From Octopus sinensis (taxonomy: Eukaryota): a stretch of DNA of 64,000 bases. The notes under the pieces are model-generated. The model did not search any database and was not told the origin of the DNA. It worked only from the letters and a program-made list of their open reading frames with translations. Positions 37,593 to 51,656 of the stretch are shown here, one piece after another. The stretch's first letter is position 1; the number at the start of each line of letters is the position of its first letter. Made by a program: the position numbers and the translations under genes. The DNA is taken from NCBI RefSeq assembly GCF_006345805.1, contig NC_043019.1, forward strand, positions 31,681,360 through 31,745,359. Direction: 5' to 3'.

Positions 37593-39499
37593 GTTGGTAT
37601 ATTAAAAAAATTTGTGCAATGTTGCAAACAAAATTCAATCAAACCTCTTCAAAACAGGTAGAATATTCCAAGAAATGAATTCAAACTTAGCAAGGGTCAT
37701 TATTATATTACATCATGGAGGGGGGGACTTTTTTGGCTGGAAGGAGGTTTTGTATTTTTCCATTTAAACTAGAACCTATGTTATTCAAGAGGGAATAACA
37801 GAGAGCTGTTTGGGGAGCCCCATGCAAAAACTTAGATTACTCTGGCACATCAAAATCATGTGTCCCTCCTAATTTCTGGGTGCCAATTTAGCTATGTCTA
37901 TCTCACTGATCTCACCTACCTGTCATAAAACCCACAAGAGGGCAGCACCTCATTTTCAACCTGTATCTTCCTCTACATGTGAAACTTGAAGAAGTGGATG
38001 AAAGCTGGACCTAAGAGAAAATACTGATTTCAAATTTTGGAACAAGGCCAGGGATTTTGTGGGAGGGAATTAATCAGTTGCATAGCACCTTCTTCCCTGC
38101 TCCCAGTGCTCAACTGGTACTTATTTTATCAACCCTCAAAAGGATGAAAGGCAAAGTCGACCTCAACAAAATTTGAACTCAGAACATGAAGACAGATGAA
38201 ATGCCACTGAAGAGATTGCTCCCTGTGCTAATGATTCTGCCAGCTTACCAGCTTAGAAAGAAACACTAATACAGGTTTTCTGTATTCATATGTTTGTCTA
38301 GTGAAGGTACATGGCTCAGTGGTTAGAGCATTAGGCCCACAATCATGAGATAGGCTGTGTTGTGTTCTTGAGCAAGACACTTATTTCACATTGTTCTGGT
38401 TCATTCAGCTGTAGAAATGAGTTGCAATGTCACTGATGTCAAGGTGTATCGACCTTTGCCTTTCCCTTGGATAACATCGGTGGCATCAAGATGGGAGGCT
38501 GGTATGCTTGAGTGAATGCTGGTCTTCCATAAACAACTTTTCCTGGACTTGTACCTCAGAAGTGAACTTTCTAGGTGCAATCTCATGGTCATTCGTGACT
38601 GAAGTGGGGGGTTTCTATGTTTGTCCATCAAAGTGATGAGGACCATCTTGTGATCCTTAAAGATGATTGATGACTCTCATGGTAACTTTGTTTAAAGTAA
38701 AGGAGAATTACACACCATCAACCTCACTTATCTGTGACCCTCTTCAATCCAGTAGTAAGACCAGGTCAAGATGACTGGGAATGGAGACAAATGCAACGGA
38801 TGACCACGAGATCTTAACTCTACTTCTTCCCTGCATTCCACAATACATTACTGCAGCTATCGCCTTTCTGTTTGAATCATGAAGGGTTCTTCTATAAAGT
38901 CCCCCAGATCCAGCCTTCACCTGCATAGGTATGCAAACCTGAATATACTAATTAGCCCATAGCTTGGATCCTGAGAGTGTCAGGCTCACAATCATGAGGT
39001 AGTGAGTTCAATTCCTGAACCAGGTTATGTGTTGTGTTCTTGAGCAAGACACTTTATTTCATGCTACTCCAATTCACTCAGCTGTAGAAATGAGTTGCAA
39101 TGTAACTGGTGCCAAGCTTATTGGGAGCAATCCCATGGTCATTCATGACCAAAAGAGGGTCCTTGGGTCCTGGCAGGTGCTACTGTCCCTAGCCAGAGTA
39201 GACCTGGGAACAATAGTGGTTAAGAGGTAGTTCCACACTCCACAAAACACTAGAACTGTGATATTAAGTTTCATGATTATTCCAGTAATGATGTTAATTA
39301 CCTACCAAAAAATAGAATTAGTATTCTCTGCAAGCCATATTGCTTCAATAGACTTGACATATCTCCATAGAAAATAGTTTCAAACATGACATTCCTCAAC
39401 CAAAGACAAATTGGTATATAAAACTGCTTGCCACAGTTAAAGATAATGAGGTCTGAGGAGACTAGTGTACTACTAATTAAATTTGTATGTAATAACTTT

Positions 39500-39558
<59 letters not shown>

Positions 39559-39931
39559 CATAGCCATGTATTGAGAGAGATTGGAGCATCATAGCCATGT
39601 GTTGAGAGAGATTCTTTGGGGTTTGAATAATTCACCTCTGGAAACATGGGTGTTTCGTTCAACATCCTTAAAAAATCCAATTTCAGGGACCTTTTGAGCA
39701 GGATGGGCTACTCGACCAGAAGAAAATTCTAAATGGGCCCCACCTGCAAGGTCATGCGCTGTTTATCTTGATATGAGATCACCATGTCGTGCACTTATGG
39801 TTGTGATGCATGTGCTTAATGTACCCTTATCAGACGGGTAGTCATGATGGGTATACTGGGCTTCGTATATTTTACCCCAGTGTCACTTTGATGGCATGCA
39901 CTGCTCTCACACTCAATAATAATAATAATAA

Positions 39932-39962
<31 letters not shown>

Positions 39963-40230
39963 AAGAAGAAGAATAGTAGTAGTAGTAGTAGTAATATTTC
40001 TTTATTACCCACAAGGGGCTAAACATAGAGGGGACAAACAAGGACAGACAAAGGGATTAAGTTGATTACATCAACTCCAGTGTGTTACTCGTACTTAATT
40101 TATTGACCCTGAAAGGATGAAAGGTAAAGTTGACCTTGGCGGAATTTGAACTCAGAATGTAAGGGTAGATGCATTTTGTCCAGCATGCTAATGATTCTGC
40201 CAGCTCATTACCTTAATAGTAATGATGATG

Positions 40231-40860
40231 ATATGCAAAATATGTGTTGATGGAGAAGAAACAATAAATCACATTGTCTCTGGTTGCTCAGTCCTGGCTA
40301 AGAAGGAATATATTCACAGACAGGACAGAATTGGGACCTATATACACTGGAAGCTATGCCAACACTATGGAATAACAACAGAAAAAAAGATAGTATAGGC
40401 ACACCCCAGAATGGGTCACAGAACATGAGGAAGCAACCATACTCTGGGATATGCCAAATCACACAGATAGAGAAATTAGGACCAATAGGCCAGATATAGT
40501 TGTCAGAGATCATGAAAAATAATGCTTTCTAATTGATGTATCAATACCAACAGATGACAATGTTTCTCTAAAAGAAACAGAGAAGCTTTCAAAATACAAA
40601 GATCTGGAAATAGAGGTAACTAGAATGTGGAGCCTAAAAACAGAAACAATTCCTATCATTGTAGGCGCATTAGGTATGATAAAAAACCATTCAGACAAAT
40701 ATATAAGAAAAACACCAGGACTTATAAATATACATAACGTACAGAAAATAGCACTACTAGGCACTGCACACATCTTACAAACCACAGCACATACCCAAGG
40801 CACACAGAGCTGTGCTCGGTAGTGAAGTGAAAGCACTCAATAAAAATAAGAGTATGGAAT
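40231..40860 (+). mobile_element. 5'-truncated R4/Dong-type non-LTR retrotransposon (CCHC knuckle plus restriction-like endonuclease), inactivated
   Basis: CKIC..GEETINHIVSGC, ILWD...RPDIVV...LIDVSIP.D, K.EKLSKYKDL, IPIIVGALG, QKIALLGTAHIL; one frameshift and one stop; ends in (AAT)n. Confidence 0.88.
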
Positions 40861-40941
40861 AATAATAATAATAATAATAACCTTAATAATAATAATAATA
40901 ATAATAATGAGAATAATGATGATGATAATAATAATAATAAC

Positions 40942-41001
<60 letters not shown>

Positions 41002-41354
41002 TGTTTACAAGGTCAGCTATTTTCAGGGAAGGGTATTAGTTCATTATATTAACTTTAGTACTTCAGATACTTAATTTTATCAGACCCCCATCCCAGTACT
41101 TGACTGGTACTTTATTTATCAGTTTGTAGAGGGATAAAAAGGAGCAAAGCTATAAGTTTCAACTGTGTCCTCCACATGGCTTTTACCAACTGCTGTCATT
41201 TTTATTGTTCAATTGTTCACCTGCAGAAATATTTTTCATTCTAACTCCACCACATTTTCGCTCACTTTGCATTTTACAAATCACTTCTTCAGATTTCATC
41301 TCACGGCTGTGTTTTAATGAATATATTCACTTCTGTTGCACATTGTTTCATGGA

Positions 41355-41392
<38 letters not shown>

Positions 41393-41512
41393 TTCTGCTG
41401 TTTTAATGGCTATAATGTGTTCAAAATATTACTTTCTTGTATGTTTATATACACACACATACATATACACACACACACATATACACACACAAACACACAT
41501 ACATATACACAC

Positions 41513-41728
41513 ACAATGGTGTACCGAAAAGTTTCTGACTTTGAGTAAAAGAAAATACAGGAGGATTATTCAGTTATGATTTTATTGAACTTATTCCTCT
41601 CTCAGATTCACACGTTGCAGTGGTCCTTCAGCTTTTCCAAGCCCTGTAAAAGAACTTGGAAAGTTGGGCCTCTAGCTAGACCTTTTCCAATACCCTTAAA
41701 GCCAGGAACTTTTAAGCACTTCCTCGTG
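41513..41728 (+). mobile_element. ~210-bp mariner-type MITE
   Basis: Same body and TIRs as 25369-25577 and 51206-51425. Confidence 0.75.
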
Positions 41729-44700
41729 TATGTACCCATCAATATATATATTCAACAAAAGGAAAAAGTACTCAATGCATAAAGTAGAGTTAATAATAGT
41801 AATCTTTTCTACTAAATGCACAAGGCCTGAAATTTTGGGGGAGGGGCTGAATAGATTATATTGACTTAAGTACTCAATTGGTACTTTGTTTATTGTTCCC
41901 CAAAAGATACATAAAGCAACATTAAAAGACACACAAACATAAAAGACAAAAATAACGATATATTGAGTTTTACAGTGTGTAAACATTTGAAAACAATAAA
42001 AAATTTTAAAAATTAATACTCCCAATAGGGGAGGCGCTTTAAGGTCCTCGTGGAAAAATCCACAAAAGCCATGGGTGCCTGATCAACAGGGCAAGAGCCC
42101 TTCTCCTCTAATTTTTTCACAGGTGTATGCTCAGAATTGGTCCGTTCACACTGGCCATTCTTCCAACATTCACTCACTTTTCAACAAACTTGTTAGAAGT
42201 CAATACTTCCTTCTCCACCCTCAACTTCCTTTACAAGGAGGAATTGTAAGCTTGCAACAGGAAACAACTCTGATGAGGGCATTGACTAAACACTTCTTTT
42301 CAAGAGTTTAAATGTGTATGTGTGTGTATGTGCAAGCTTGCAACAGGGAACAACTTTCATGAGGGCATTTACTAAACACTTCTTTCCAGGAGTTTGTGCG
42401 ATTGTGCATACACACACACACAAATGCACACAAAATGGCACAGATGTTTGTATGTACTTAAATACATATACTTATATCTTGGTGAATTGCTTAAGAAACT
42501 GAATAACAACTCATACAGGCTAGTTTTTTTTAAATCTGTTATTTCACTCTACTTACAGTATTGAGTACTTTTTCCTTACTTCATTGCAATTCACATCTAT
42601 ATGAAACCAGAACCCTATACACACCCTATACATACCATTATTTTTGCTTTTTTTCTGTTATTTCATACAGGAATTCATATTGCTTCCAGTGACATTTCTT
42701 AAAGAAGGCACAATTCCTTGTTATTATGCCCAAATATTTTCTTCAATTGTACATACAGTTGTCAATGTTGTTGTTGATGTTATTGCTTAGCTCCAGGTCA
42801 GCACTGGTCAAGCAAGCTTATGATAAAAAAAAGGCTTTCCTATCATGACTATCACACCTTTGTTTTTACATCAGGAACTACACTGTCCATTATATCCCGC
42901 TTCATTTCAAAACATCCAGATGCATAATGGGGGGGAGGGGGATTTGGCTGCTATTTCTACCTAGATAATCGACCACTATGGAGGCTCCTTCATTAGCATG
43001 GGTTGACAATGTTTGTCACACAGCATATTGTTATTTATTTAACGTGTGAAACCTAGCACTCCTCATTCCTGACCTTCCCTGTTTATTTCATTACAAAATT
43101 AAACCTGAATACTTTTCACATTTTTGCACTATTTTTATCTGTTTATTATTACAGTCTTTTGCTTCATAATTTTTGGTGCCAACCACATCTGGTTTTATGA
43201 CTCATAGGAGTCCATTATAAAAGTGTTTATATCACGATTCCCCTTTTTTATGGGAGCACTGCATTCATGGAAATCTCGGGTTTATTTTTATCTTACCTTT
43301 GACTTGTTTAGTCATTATTTTCAAAATTAATTGTGACAAAGGCTGTGTATTTCAATAAAAATATGCTAACAAAAAGTGTTAAAATCTAGATCCTTCAGCT
43401 AAAACCACTGCTCAGATTTTCATATCTGCTTGATAATGATAGTTGTTTTACTAAATCATTCATTATTTTCAAAATTAATTGAAATAGAGTCAATGTGTTT
43501 CAGTAGAAATATTATAATGAAAGGGTTAACCACAGCTTCTGGCTTTTAACTCTGCCAAATTATTATTACTATTATGGTTGGGTTCCAACCCAGGCCACAG
43601 TAACAAAGTCCACCCGTCACACATCTCAGTCTAATATCACTGCCTCAAAGTTCTGGATACATTCCAGGCCAGTGTCCACTATCAAGTTGCCAATGGAAGT
43701 GCGATGATGTTTTTCTCTTCTTACATCATGATGAAGTGGGTTCTACAAGACTAATTCGGATGTAGAATCGGTGCTATTATATGGCAGCAAGACATAGACA
43801 CTGACAAAGAAATTATCAAATGGGCTAAATGGATGTTACACAAAGATGCTATGAATGGCCCAAAATATGAAATCATCATCATCATCGTTTAACGTCCGTT
43901 CTCCATGCTGGCATGGGTTGGATGGTTTGACTGAGGTCTGGAGAGCTAGCAGCTGCACCAGGCTCCAATCTGATCTGGCGATGTTCCTACAGCTGCATGC
44001 CCTTCCTAATGCCAACCACTCCAAAAGTGTAGTGGGTGCTTTTTATGTGCCACCGGCATGGAAGCCAGTCAGGGGGTACTGGCATCAGCCACATTTGAAT
44101 GGTGCTTTTTACTTGCCACCAGCACAGGAGCCAATCAGGTGAACCTGGCATCGACCACATTCAAATGTTGCTTTTTGCGTGCCACCAGCATGGGAGCCAG
44201 TCAGTGGGTACTGGCATCGGCCACATTTAGATGGTTCTTTTTACATACCAGTGGCACAGGAGCCAGTCAGGCAGACCTGGCATCGACCACATTCGGATGT
44301 TGCTTTTTGCATGCCACTGGCATGGGAGCCAGTCAAGGGGCACTAGCCACATCTATGATATTGGTTTTACGACCTGCTGAAAGTTAGCAACAAGATCAGG
44401 CAAAGACAGCTGTGACTATCTGATGACTGCATGCACCACCCTGAATTGGAAGCAGCCAAATCAGTCTGTCAAAAGCAAGGCTCATTCATAAATGTTGTTT
44501 GCAATTAATCATGCATTATCTCACAGCTTGAAGATTTCAGCGATACTCTTTAACTTGTTTCAGTCATTTGACTGTGGCCATGCTGGAGCACGGCCTTTTA
44601 GTCGAGCAAATCGACTCCAGGACTTATTCTTTGTAAGCCTAGTACTTATTCTATCGGTCTCTTTGCTGAGCCGCTAAGTTACAGGGACGTAAACACACCA

Positions 44701-45201
44701 GCATCAGTTGTCAAGCGATGTTGGGGAGGACAAACACAGACACACAAACATATACACACACATATATATATACATATATACGACGGGCTTCTTTCAGTTT
44801 CCACCTACCAAATCCACTCACAAGGCTTTGGTTGGCCCGAGGCTATAGAAGAAGACACTTACCCAAGATGCCATGCAGTGAGACTGAACCCGGAACCATG
44901 TGGTTTGTAAGCAAGCTACTTACCACTCCTATGCCTATATGATATGTTTGTTTATTTTTAGAACAACATTGTAAGATAGGTGTGGGAAGCTGAATCTGAG
45001 CAGTTTAAACATGAAATATAGAATATTTGAGCTGGACATGACCAGTTTAATTGCTAAAGGGTTAAACAACAAACATACATTATGTATGTTGTATTGATAA
45101 TGTTTTTCTTATACGACTACTTCTTGTACATAATTCAAATTTATTCTGATTGTTAATACTTGAAAACACTAAGTTCACCTTACAGTATTACCAGATCTAT
45201 A

Positions 45202-45571
45202 TGAGGTGGTATCAAAAGTTCCCAGACTAGTTCTGTAGTGCGCCAACAGATGGTAGCACACAGTTGCATGTGCAGTGAGAGCTAACGGTGACCTTTAGCA
45301 CCTGTTGACTTCCATCGCTTCACCAAGATGAAAATGCAGCTCACAGGTTGCTGTTTTAACACCGTTGTTGAGATCCAGAGTCAATTGCAGAAGGTCCTTG
45401 ACGCACTTATGGAAAACAACTTCCAGGCCGGATTCCAAAAGTGGGAGAAATCTTGGAACCGGTGCATTGCTGTGCAAGGTGACTATTTTGAAGGATATGA
45501 TGTTAAAACTTAGGTAAATAAGTTATTTTTATTAAACATAATTAGTCCGGGAACTTTTTGATACCACCTCA
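45202..45571 (+). mobile_element. Mariner-derived non-autonomous element (irritans-like ends)
   Basis: Approx. 29-bp TIRs TGAGGTGGTATCAAAA(A)GTTCCC(A/G)GACTA flanked by TA; internal transposase C-terminal relic ..FQKWEKSWNRCIAVQGDYFEG. Confidence 0.85.
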
Positions 45572-46349
45572 TATCACTGTTCTTCTCTCATTTTCTACAT
45601 TGAGAATTGTCACTTTTTAAAAAATTTATTTCCTCATACATAATGTATGTTTGTTGTTTAACCCTTTAGCAATTAAAGTGGTCATGTCCAGCTTGAATAT
45701 TCTTAATCACACATACAGTAATTTTTTTTATTATAAAGTGGTGTACATTTATTCTTGGTTTTTAGATTTTACGATTTTATTTCAAAATGAGGGAGCCTCA
45801 ATTTTGTCACATTTCCTGGTAGAAATGTTTGAAAGCAAATGTTGTTTTGTGCGCCTTAAAAAATTTGCTTCTCAACCACATGGGTTTGGTTTGCACCTAT
45901 GATGCAACACCACGTGCAAGTGTCTTCTGCTATAGCTTCAGGTCAACCAATGTCTTAGACTGGAATTCATTAGATGGTAACTGCTAGGAACATTGGAGTA
46001 AATGTGTGTATGTGTAGGTGTGTGTATGCATACACACATACATACAGATATACATGCATACCTATACATGTATAGGTATATATATGCATACCTATACACA
46101 CACATATTCAAAGACACACACACATACACATACTTCTATGTGCACGCACGCACACGCACACGACCTTCCAGTTTCTGTTTAACAAATCTACTCACAAGAC
46201 TTTGGTCAGTATAGGGCTATAGTAGAAGACTATGGCTTAAGGTGCCATGGCTTAAGGTGCCATGGCTTAAGGTGCCATGTGAAGGGACTGAACCCAAAAC
46301 CATGGGGTTTGGGAAGCAAACTACTTAACTTCACATACATGCCTAATAC

Positions 46350-46380
<31 letters not shown>

Positions 46381-46707
46381 CAATTTAAATACACAACCGA
46401 AAGAGCTACTAAATAGTTTCATGCTATTATGATACTTGAACAGGCATACTTATAAAATATGCCATGTGTCTTAAAGCAATCTTTTCAGGCCTGAAAGATT
46501 GCTTTAAGATACAGGGCCTATACACGTATATATTATGTATTAGGCATTCCTGTTCAAGTATCATAAAAGCATGAAACTATTTAGTAGCTCTTTCAGTTGT
46601 GTATTAAATTGATATTCATCTCTCACTGGATGGGGTATGGAGTACTTTTATTCTGTTGATTCTACCTCTGTTGGATCTTTAAACTCTGTGTGCGTGTGTG
46701 TGTGGTG

Positions 46708-46738
<31 letters not shown>

Positions 46739-46987
46739 GTGTGTGTGTGTGTGTGTCTCAAAGGTGTATAAACATTAGTGAGAAATATGGTAAAAAAGTT
46801 ATTAACCATGATTAAGATTTATCATAACCTGTTGTTTTTTAATGTTCTCTTAATTTTCTTGAAATTTTTCAAAGAAACCATTCCTGAAAATCAAAGAAAT
46901 TAATTAATTAAAAATGAAAACAAGACGAATATATTAATGTGAATAAATATATATATATATATAAATATATATATATGTGTGTGTGTG

Positions 46988-47024
<37 letters not shown>

Positions 47025-47099
47025 GTATGTATATATATATATTTATATAATCAAAATTTGATTCTAGCTTCATCCTTTATCTTTTTACTCGTCTTTCAG

Positions 47100-47234
47100 C
47101 TTGCTCCATTTGGAGATGTGAGTGGACAAGATCTACCTCCAATGGAAATGCCTGAAGCAATGGATTCTGATCGGGGAACACTTATGCCAGTGCCAAAAGG
47201 AATTCGGCCAATTCTCAGCAAACACAGAGTTGAA
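47100..47234 (+). CDS. OTOF: Otoferlin exon (LAPFGDVSGQDLPP...PVPKGIRPILSKHRVE)
   Basis: ctttcag|CTT...GAA|gtaaga; 135 nt. Confidence 0.96.
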
Positions 47235-48539
47235 GTAAGAAATCTGATCTCATTCTCTTTTTTTATATCTCTACATCCTTCATCTCTCTTTTTTTTCCCC
47301 TTCTATTTTAACATCTTCCTCCTCCTATCATCATCATCATCATAATTACCACCATCATTGTCCTCATCATAATCATCATCATCACTATCATCATCATCAT
47401 CACCAGCAGCAGCAGCATCATATTTACCATCTTCATCATCATCATTGATATACTCACCATCAGCATGTATATAATCACAACCACCACCACCACCATCAAT
47501 CATCATTATCATCATCACCATCATCACCACCACCATCACCATCATCATCATCATCATCATGTCCATTTTTCTATTCTTTCATTGATTAAATGAATCCTCT
47601 CCAACACAACATACATTTTTTTTTTAATCACTTGGTTATGTTCCTTTCTCACCTCTTATATAAGGATTAAATTCCTACAATCAATCTTACTATCTTCTTC
47701 CCTGATTATGCCTTTTCTTAATTTTTTGTATCCTTCCACATGAATCATCTGCCTCTTTTTCACCCATCTGTCCTCACCTTCATGCATTACATGTCCTTAC
47801 CAGCTGTTGCTCTTGCATGCTTTAATTGATTCTTCTTATATCTAGTTTTTCTCTCAGCTCATCTTTACCTCATTGTTCATGCACAGTAACATTACAAATC
47901 CGATAGATCATAACCAATTCCTTTCATTCAAACCTTTACTATATTCTCTGCATTCAATACCCACATATATCTCACTATTGTATAGCATTGCAGTTTGAAC
48001 TTCCACATCACGCGTGGCTGTGTGGTAAGAAGCTTGCTACTCAACCACATGGTTCTGGATTCAGCCCCACTCTGTGGTGACTTTGGCAAGTGTCTTCTAC
48101 TATAGCCTCGGGCCAACCAAAGCCTTGTGAGTGGATTTGGTAGATGGAAACTGAAAGAAGCTCATCATATTGAGCAGAAAAAGAGTGGGTAGGAATTTCA
48201 TATGGTTTACCCAGGGTGGACTGTATTATTGCTATTATGCAAAAGTGTCATAAGTCCAAAACGTTGCTTTTTCAGAAAACATAAGAATAGTTTTACTATT
48301 CCATAGCAAAACTGTTGTACTACACTGACAATTTTTGATATAATGGCATCTGAAACAGCTGGAGATACGATAGTTTGACCAAAAGAACCAGCTACTGTAA
48401 ACAAAAATAAATACTGAAAACAATGCATTTGGCCAAATTTGGACATATGACAATTTAACATAATTGCAACGGTGTGTATAGAGAAGGAGCTGTGGGGTCA
48501 GTTAAAGGCCAGCAAGTTACCAAAGTTACCAATAAATAG

Positions 48540-49100
48540 CAGGTTGAGTAAAAAGTAAGCAACGTTGTGAACCATGAAGAATTTTTACTGAATTTTTACA
48601 GTATTTTGAATTTTTTTTAAACATCTTTTTGCAGTTGTCTGATAATAGAGACTTTGACTTGTCCAAATGCATCAATAAATTGACATTGCTATTTTTTTAA
48701 CCATTGTTACAATGATCAGAAATGGAATTGTCAAAGCACGATATTCAAGCAATTTTGCTATTCAAATTAAAAAAGGATGTAAAGCAGCTGAAACTGCTCA
48801 TGATATCAATGAAATGTTTCATGAGGAAATGACTGTGAGTGGTCAGCTCAAAAATGGTTTAACTGATTTTACAGTGGAGACCTGAGCCTTGAAGGTTGTG
48901 AGCATACAGGATGCCCATCTGTCATGGATGACGGTCAATTAAAGACCGTCATTGAGAAAGAGCCATGTAAAACTACTTGAGAACTGGCAAAGAACTTCAA
49001 GTTAGCCAGAAAATCAAAAAATGCTAGACAAATGGGTACCACGTGATTTGCATGAAAATCAGAAAATGCACAGATATGCAATTTGCTCGTCACTTCTTCT
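48540..49100 (+). mobile_element. Decayed mariner transposase N-terminal half (Hsmar1/cecropia-like)
   Basis: From ATG at 48722: MELSKHDIQAILLF..GCKAAETAHDINEMF...DLSLEG...LDKWVPRDLHENQK, with frameshifts and stops. Confidence 0.85.
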
Positions 49101-49206
49101 GTCCCTCTTTACCTCTTATTGTCTCTATTCACTACTTCTGTCTCCTCTTACTCCTTACTGTCTGCTGGTGCCATGCATATCCTGCCTACCATTTCACTGC
49201 TTTGCC

Positions 49207-49452
49207 CAGTGGTTCTCAACCAGAGTTCATAGGACTCTTGAGGGTTCATATAAAATTTTGTTAAAATTTATGCGCAAGAAACTGTTTATGCTTCTTCAAT
49301 GCACAAAAATATTTCAACAGTTTTTTTTATACAATTCCTGATATCTAATTATAAAAATATAATAGGATTTTTTAAAAACTTTGAATGGTTCGGAGGATCC
49401 AGTAAAGTAAAATAGGACTCGTGGGGGATCCAAAGGGGTTGAAATCCATTGA
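49207..49452. mobile_element. hAT-type MITE remnant
   Basis: CAGTGGTTCTCAACC...GGTTGAAATCCATTG ends; no clear 8-bp TSD; a similar end GTTGAGAACCCCTG lies near 14640. Confidence 0.5.
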
Positions 49453-49525
49453 CTTAACACATCGTCTACGTTGACCATTTACCATTTCATTTCATTCCTT
49501 ACTGTTTATTTACTTTCTTTTCCAG

Positions 49526-49687
49526 GTTCTTTTCTGGGGTGTGAGAGATCTCAAGAGGTTGCAACTGACACATGTTGACCGGCCCCGTATTGATATAGAA
49601 TGTGCCGGACATATCCTTCAATCTTCAGTTATTGCTAATGCAAAGAAAAACCCAAATTTCAGCATTTTAGTTAAATTCTTCGATGTT
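49526..49687 (+). CDS. OTOF: Otoferlin exon ([11 protein letters not shown]...[15 protein letters not shown])
   Basis: ttccag|GTT...GTT|gtaagt; 162 nt. Confidence 0.97.
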
Positions 49688-50204
49688 GTAAGTGTTTTAG
49701 CAGAAATTCTCTTTTATTTAAAACCTTTTATTAACCCTGTGTGCATAAACAAAGCAGAATTGTAGTCAGTCTTTTTTGCTTGTCTGTCTGTGTGTTTGCA
49801 AAATTACTGGAAAACTGCTGAATGGATTTTCACTAAATTTGGCAGAAATACTCATTGGGTGAGTGGCTCAAACTCATTAAATTTTGGTTTGATTATCTTC
49901 AAAACTGGCAGACGTTTTTTTGTTTCCTTTTTTACATATGCATAAAGGATAAGCAGTGGAAATAACTCTTGAAATATGAATTCGTCTGAAAATACATGTA
50001 TTGAATTAAATTTTTTATCATTGTGTGTTGCCTTTTTATTTTCATTTCTAAATGTCTTTACATCAGTTCTGTATGTGTGTTTCTACATTTCTAATATACC
50101 ACGGTATGTATATGTCTGTGTGTGTATGCATGTATAAACCTACACTGTAGATATACAAATAGGTCAAATTTAACTTATTTCTCTGTAGATTGTAAAAAAA
50201 AAAA

Positions 50205-50412
50205 TGACATGGCTGTGTGGTAAGAGGTAGGCGTAGGAGTGGCTGTGTAGTAAGTAGCTTGCTTACCAACCACATGGTTCCGGGTTCAATCCCACTGCAT
50301 GGCACCTTGGGCAAGTGTATTCTGCTATAGCCTCGGGCCGACCAAAGCCTTGTGAGTGGATATGGTAGACAGAAACTGAAAGAAGCCCGTCGTATATATG
50401 TATGTATATGTG

Positions 50413-50458
<46 letters not shown>

Positions 50459-50680
50459 TATATATGTTTGTATATCTGTGTTTGTCCCCCCCTCCCATCA
50501 TCACTTGACAACCGATGCTGGTGTGCTTACGTCCCCGTAACTTAACGGTTCGGCAAAAGGGACCAATAGAATAAGTACTAGGCTTACAAAGAATAAGTCC
50601 TGGGGTCGATTTGCTCGACTACAGGTGGTGCTCCAGCATGGCCACAGTCAAATGACTGAAACAAGTAAAAGAGTAAAGAG
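50205..50680 (+). mobile_element. Abundant tRNA-derived SINE (GGCTGTGTGGTAAG...CCTTGGGCAAGT...TGACTGAAAC-AAGTAAAAGA); representative copy
   Basis: A/B boxes, internal microsatellite; at least 15 full or partial copies, e.g. 83-270, 571-1000, 18855-19275, 23113-23270, 25920-26275, 44540-44935(-), 48010-48165, 52070-52375, 56345-56655, 56805-57265, 62690-62850. Confidence 0.85.
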
Positions 50681-51205
50681 TTAATCAATCTTCTAACCTT
50701 AAGAAGACCCGTACTCTGCAGCAGAAGTGTTAAGACTGATTCTTCTGGTGGTGTAAAACACTCATTGCAGTGTCATGTAAAAGAGCCCATACAGTGCTAC
50801 ATAAAAGCACCTGTGCAGTGCCATGTAAAAGCTTCCATGTGACACTATGTAGAAGTGTTCAGCACACTCTGTAAAGTGGTTGGCATTTAGAAGTGCATCA
50901 TCAAGTCATAGAAACCATGCCAAATCAGATTAGAGTCTGGTGCAGCTCTCCTGCTTGCAAGCTATGGTCAAACAGTTCAACCCATGCCAGCATGAACAAC
51001 AGATGTTAAATGATGATGATGATGATGATGATGATTGGGTTCTCATTAGGGATGTCTACATCACTTGACCTATCCCCAAAAAAAACAAAGAAAAAAGTTT
51101 ACTGAAAAAAAAGCCCACCATGTGTGTGTGTGTATGCATGTAAGTATGCATGTATGTATGCATATATGTATATATATATATATATATATGTAATGTATGT
51201 ATGTA

Positions 51206-51425
51206 CGAGGGTGTGCTGAAAAGTTTCTGGCTTTGGGGAAAAGAAACTACAAGAGAATCAGTTAATTATGATTTTATTCAACATATTCCCTTCTCAGATT
51301 CACACACTTATTGCAGTGATCCTTCAGTTTTTGCTAGGCCCTATAAAAAGAACTCAGAAGGTTGGGTCTTTAACCAGGCCTTTTGTGATACCCTTAAAGC
51401 CAGGAACTTTTCAACACCCCCGTCA
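51206..51425 (+). mobile_element. ~210-bp mariner-type MITE, 60 nt upstream of an exon
   Basis: TA-CGAGGGTGTGCTGAAAAG...CTTTTCAACACCCCCG. Confidence 0.8.
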
Positions 51426-51484
51426 TATGTGTTTGCATTATTGTTATCTATAATTCATTCATATTTACACTCTCTCACATCTAG

Positions 51485-51656
51485 GAATTACCAGAAAATG
51501 AACTTTACTGTCCACCAATCACTATACGCTGCGTGGACTGCCGCAGTTTTGGGAGATTTGTACTAGTTGGGAGTCATATAATCAAATCTTTATCCAAATT
51601 TATGTACGTTCCTACGACTAAAAGAGCAAAAGATGCTTTGAAAAAGCTGTTTCCCG
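51485..51656 (+). CDS. OTOF: Otoferlin exon (ELPENELYCPPITIRCVDCRSFGRF...KKLFPG)
   Basis: atctag|GAA...CCC G|gtaagt; 172 nt. Confidence 0.96.

Noticed and set aside
46410-46580. CTGTTCA...GAAAC as a hammerhead core in the palindrome arms
   Set aside because: Two invariant core bases are wrong in both arms, and there is no convincing stem II/III.
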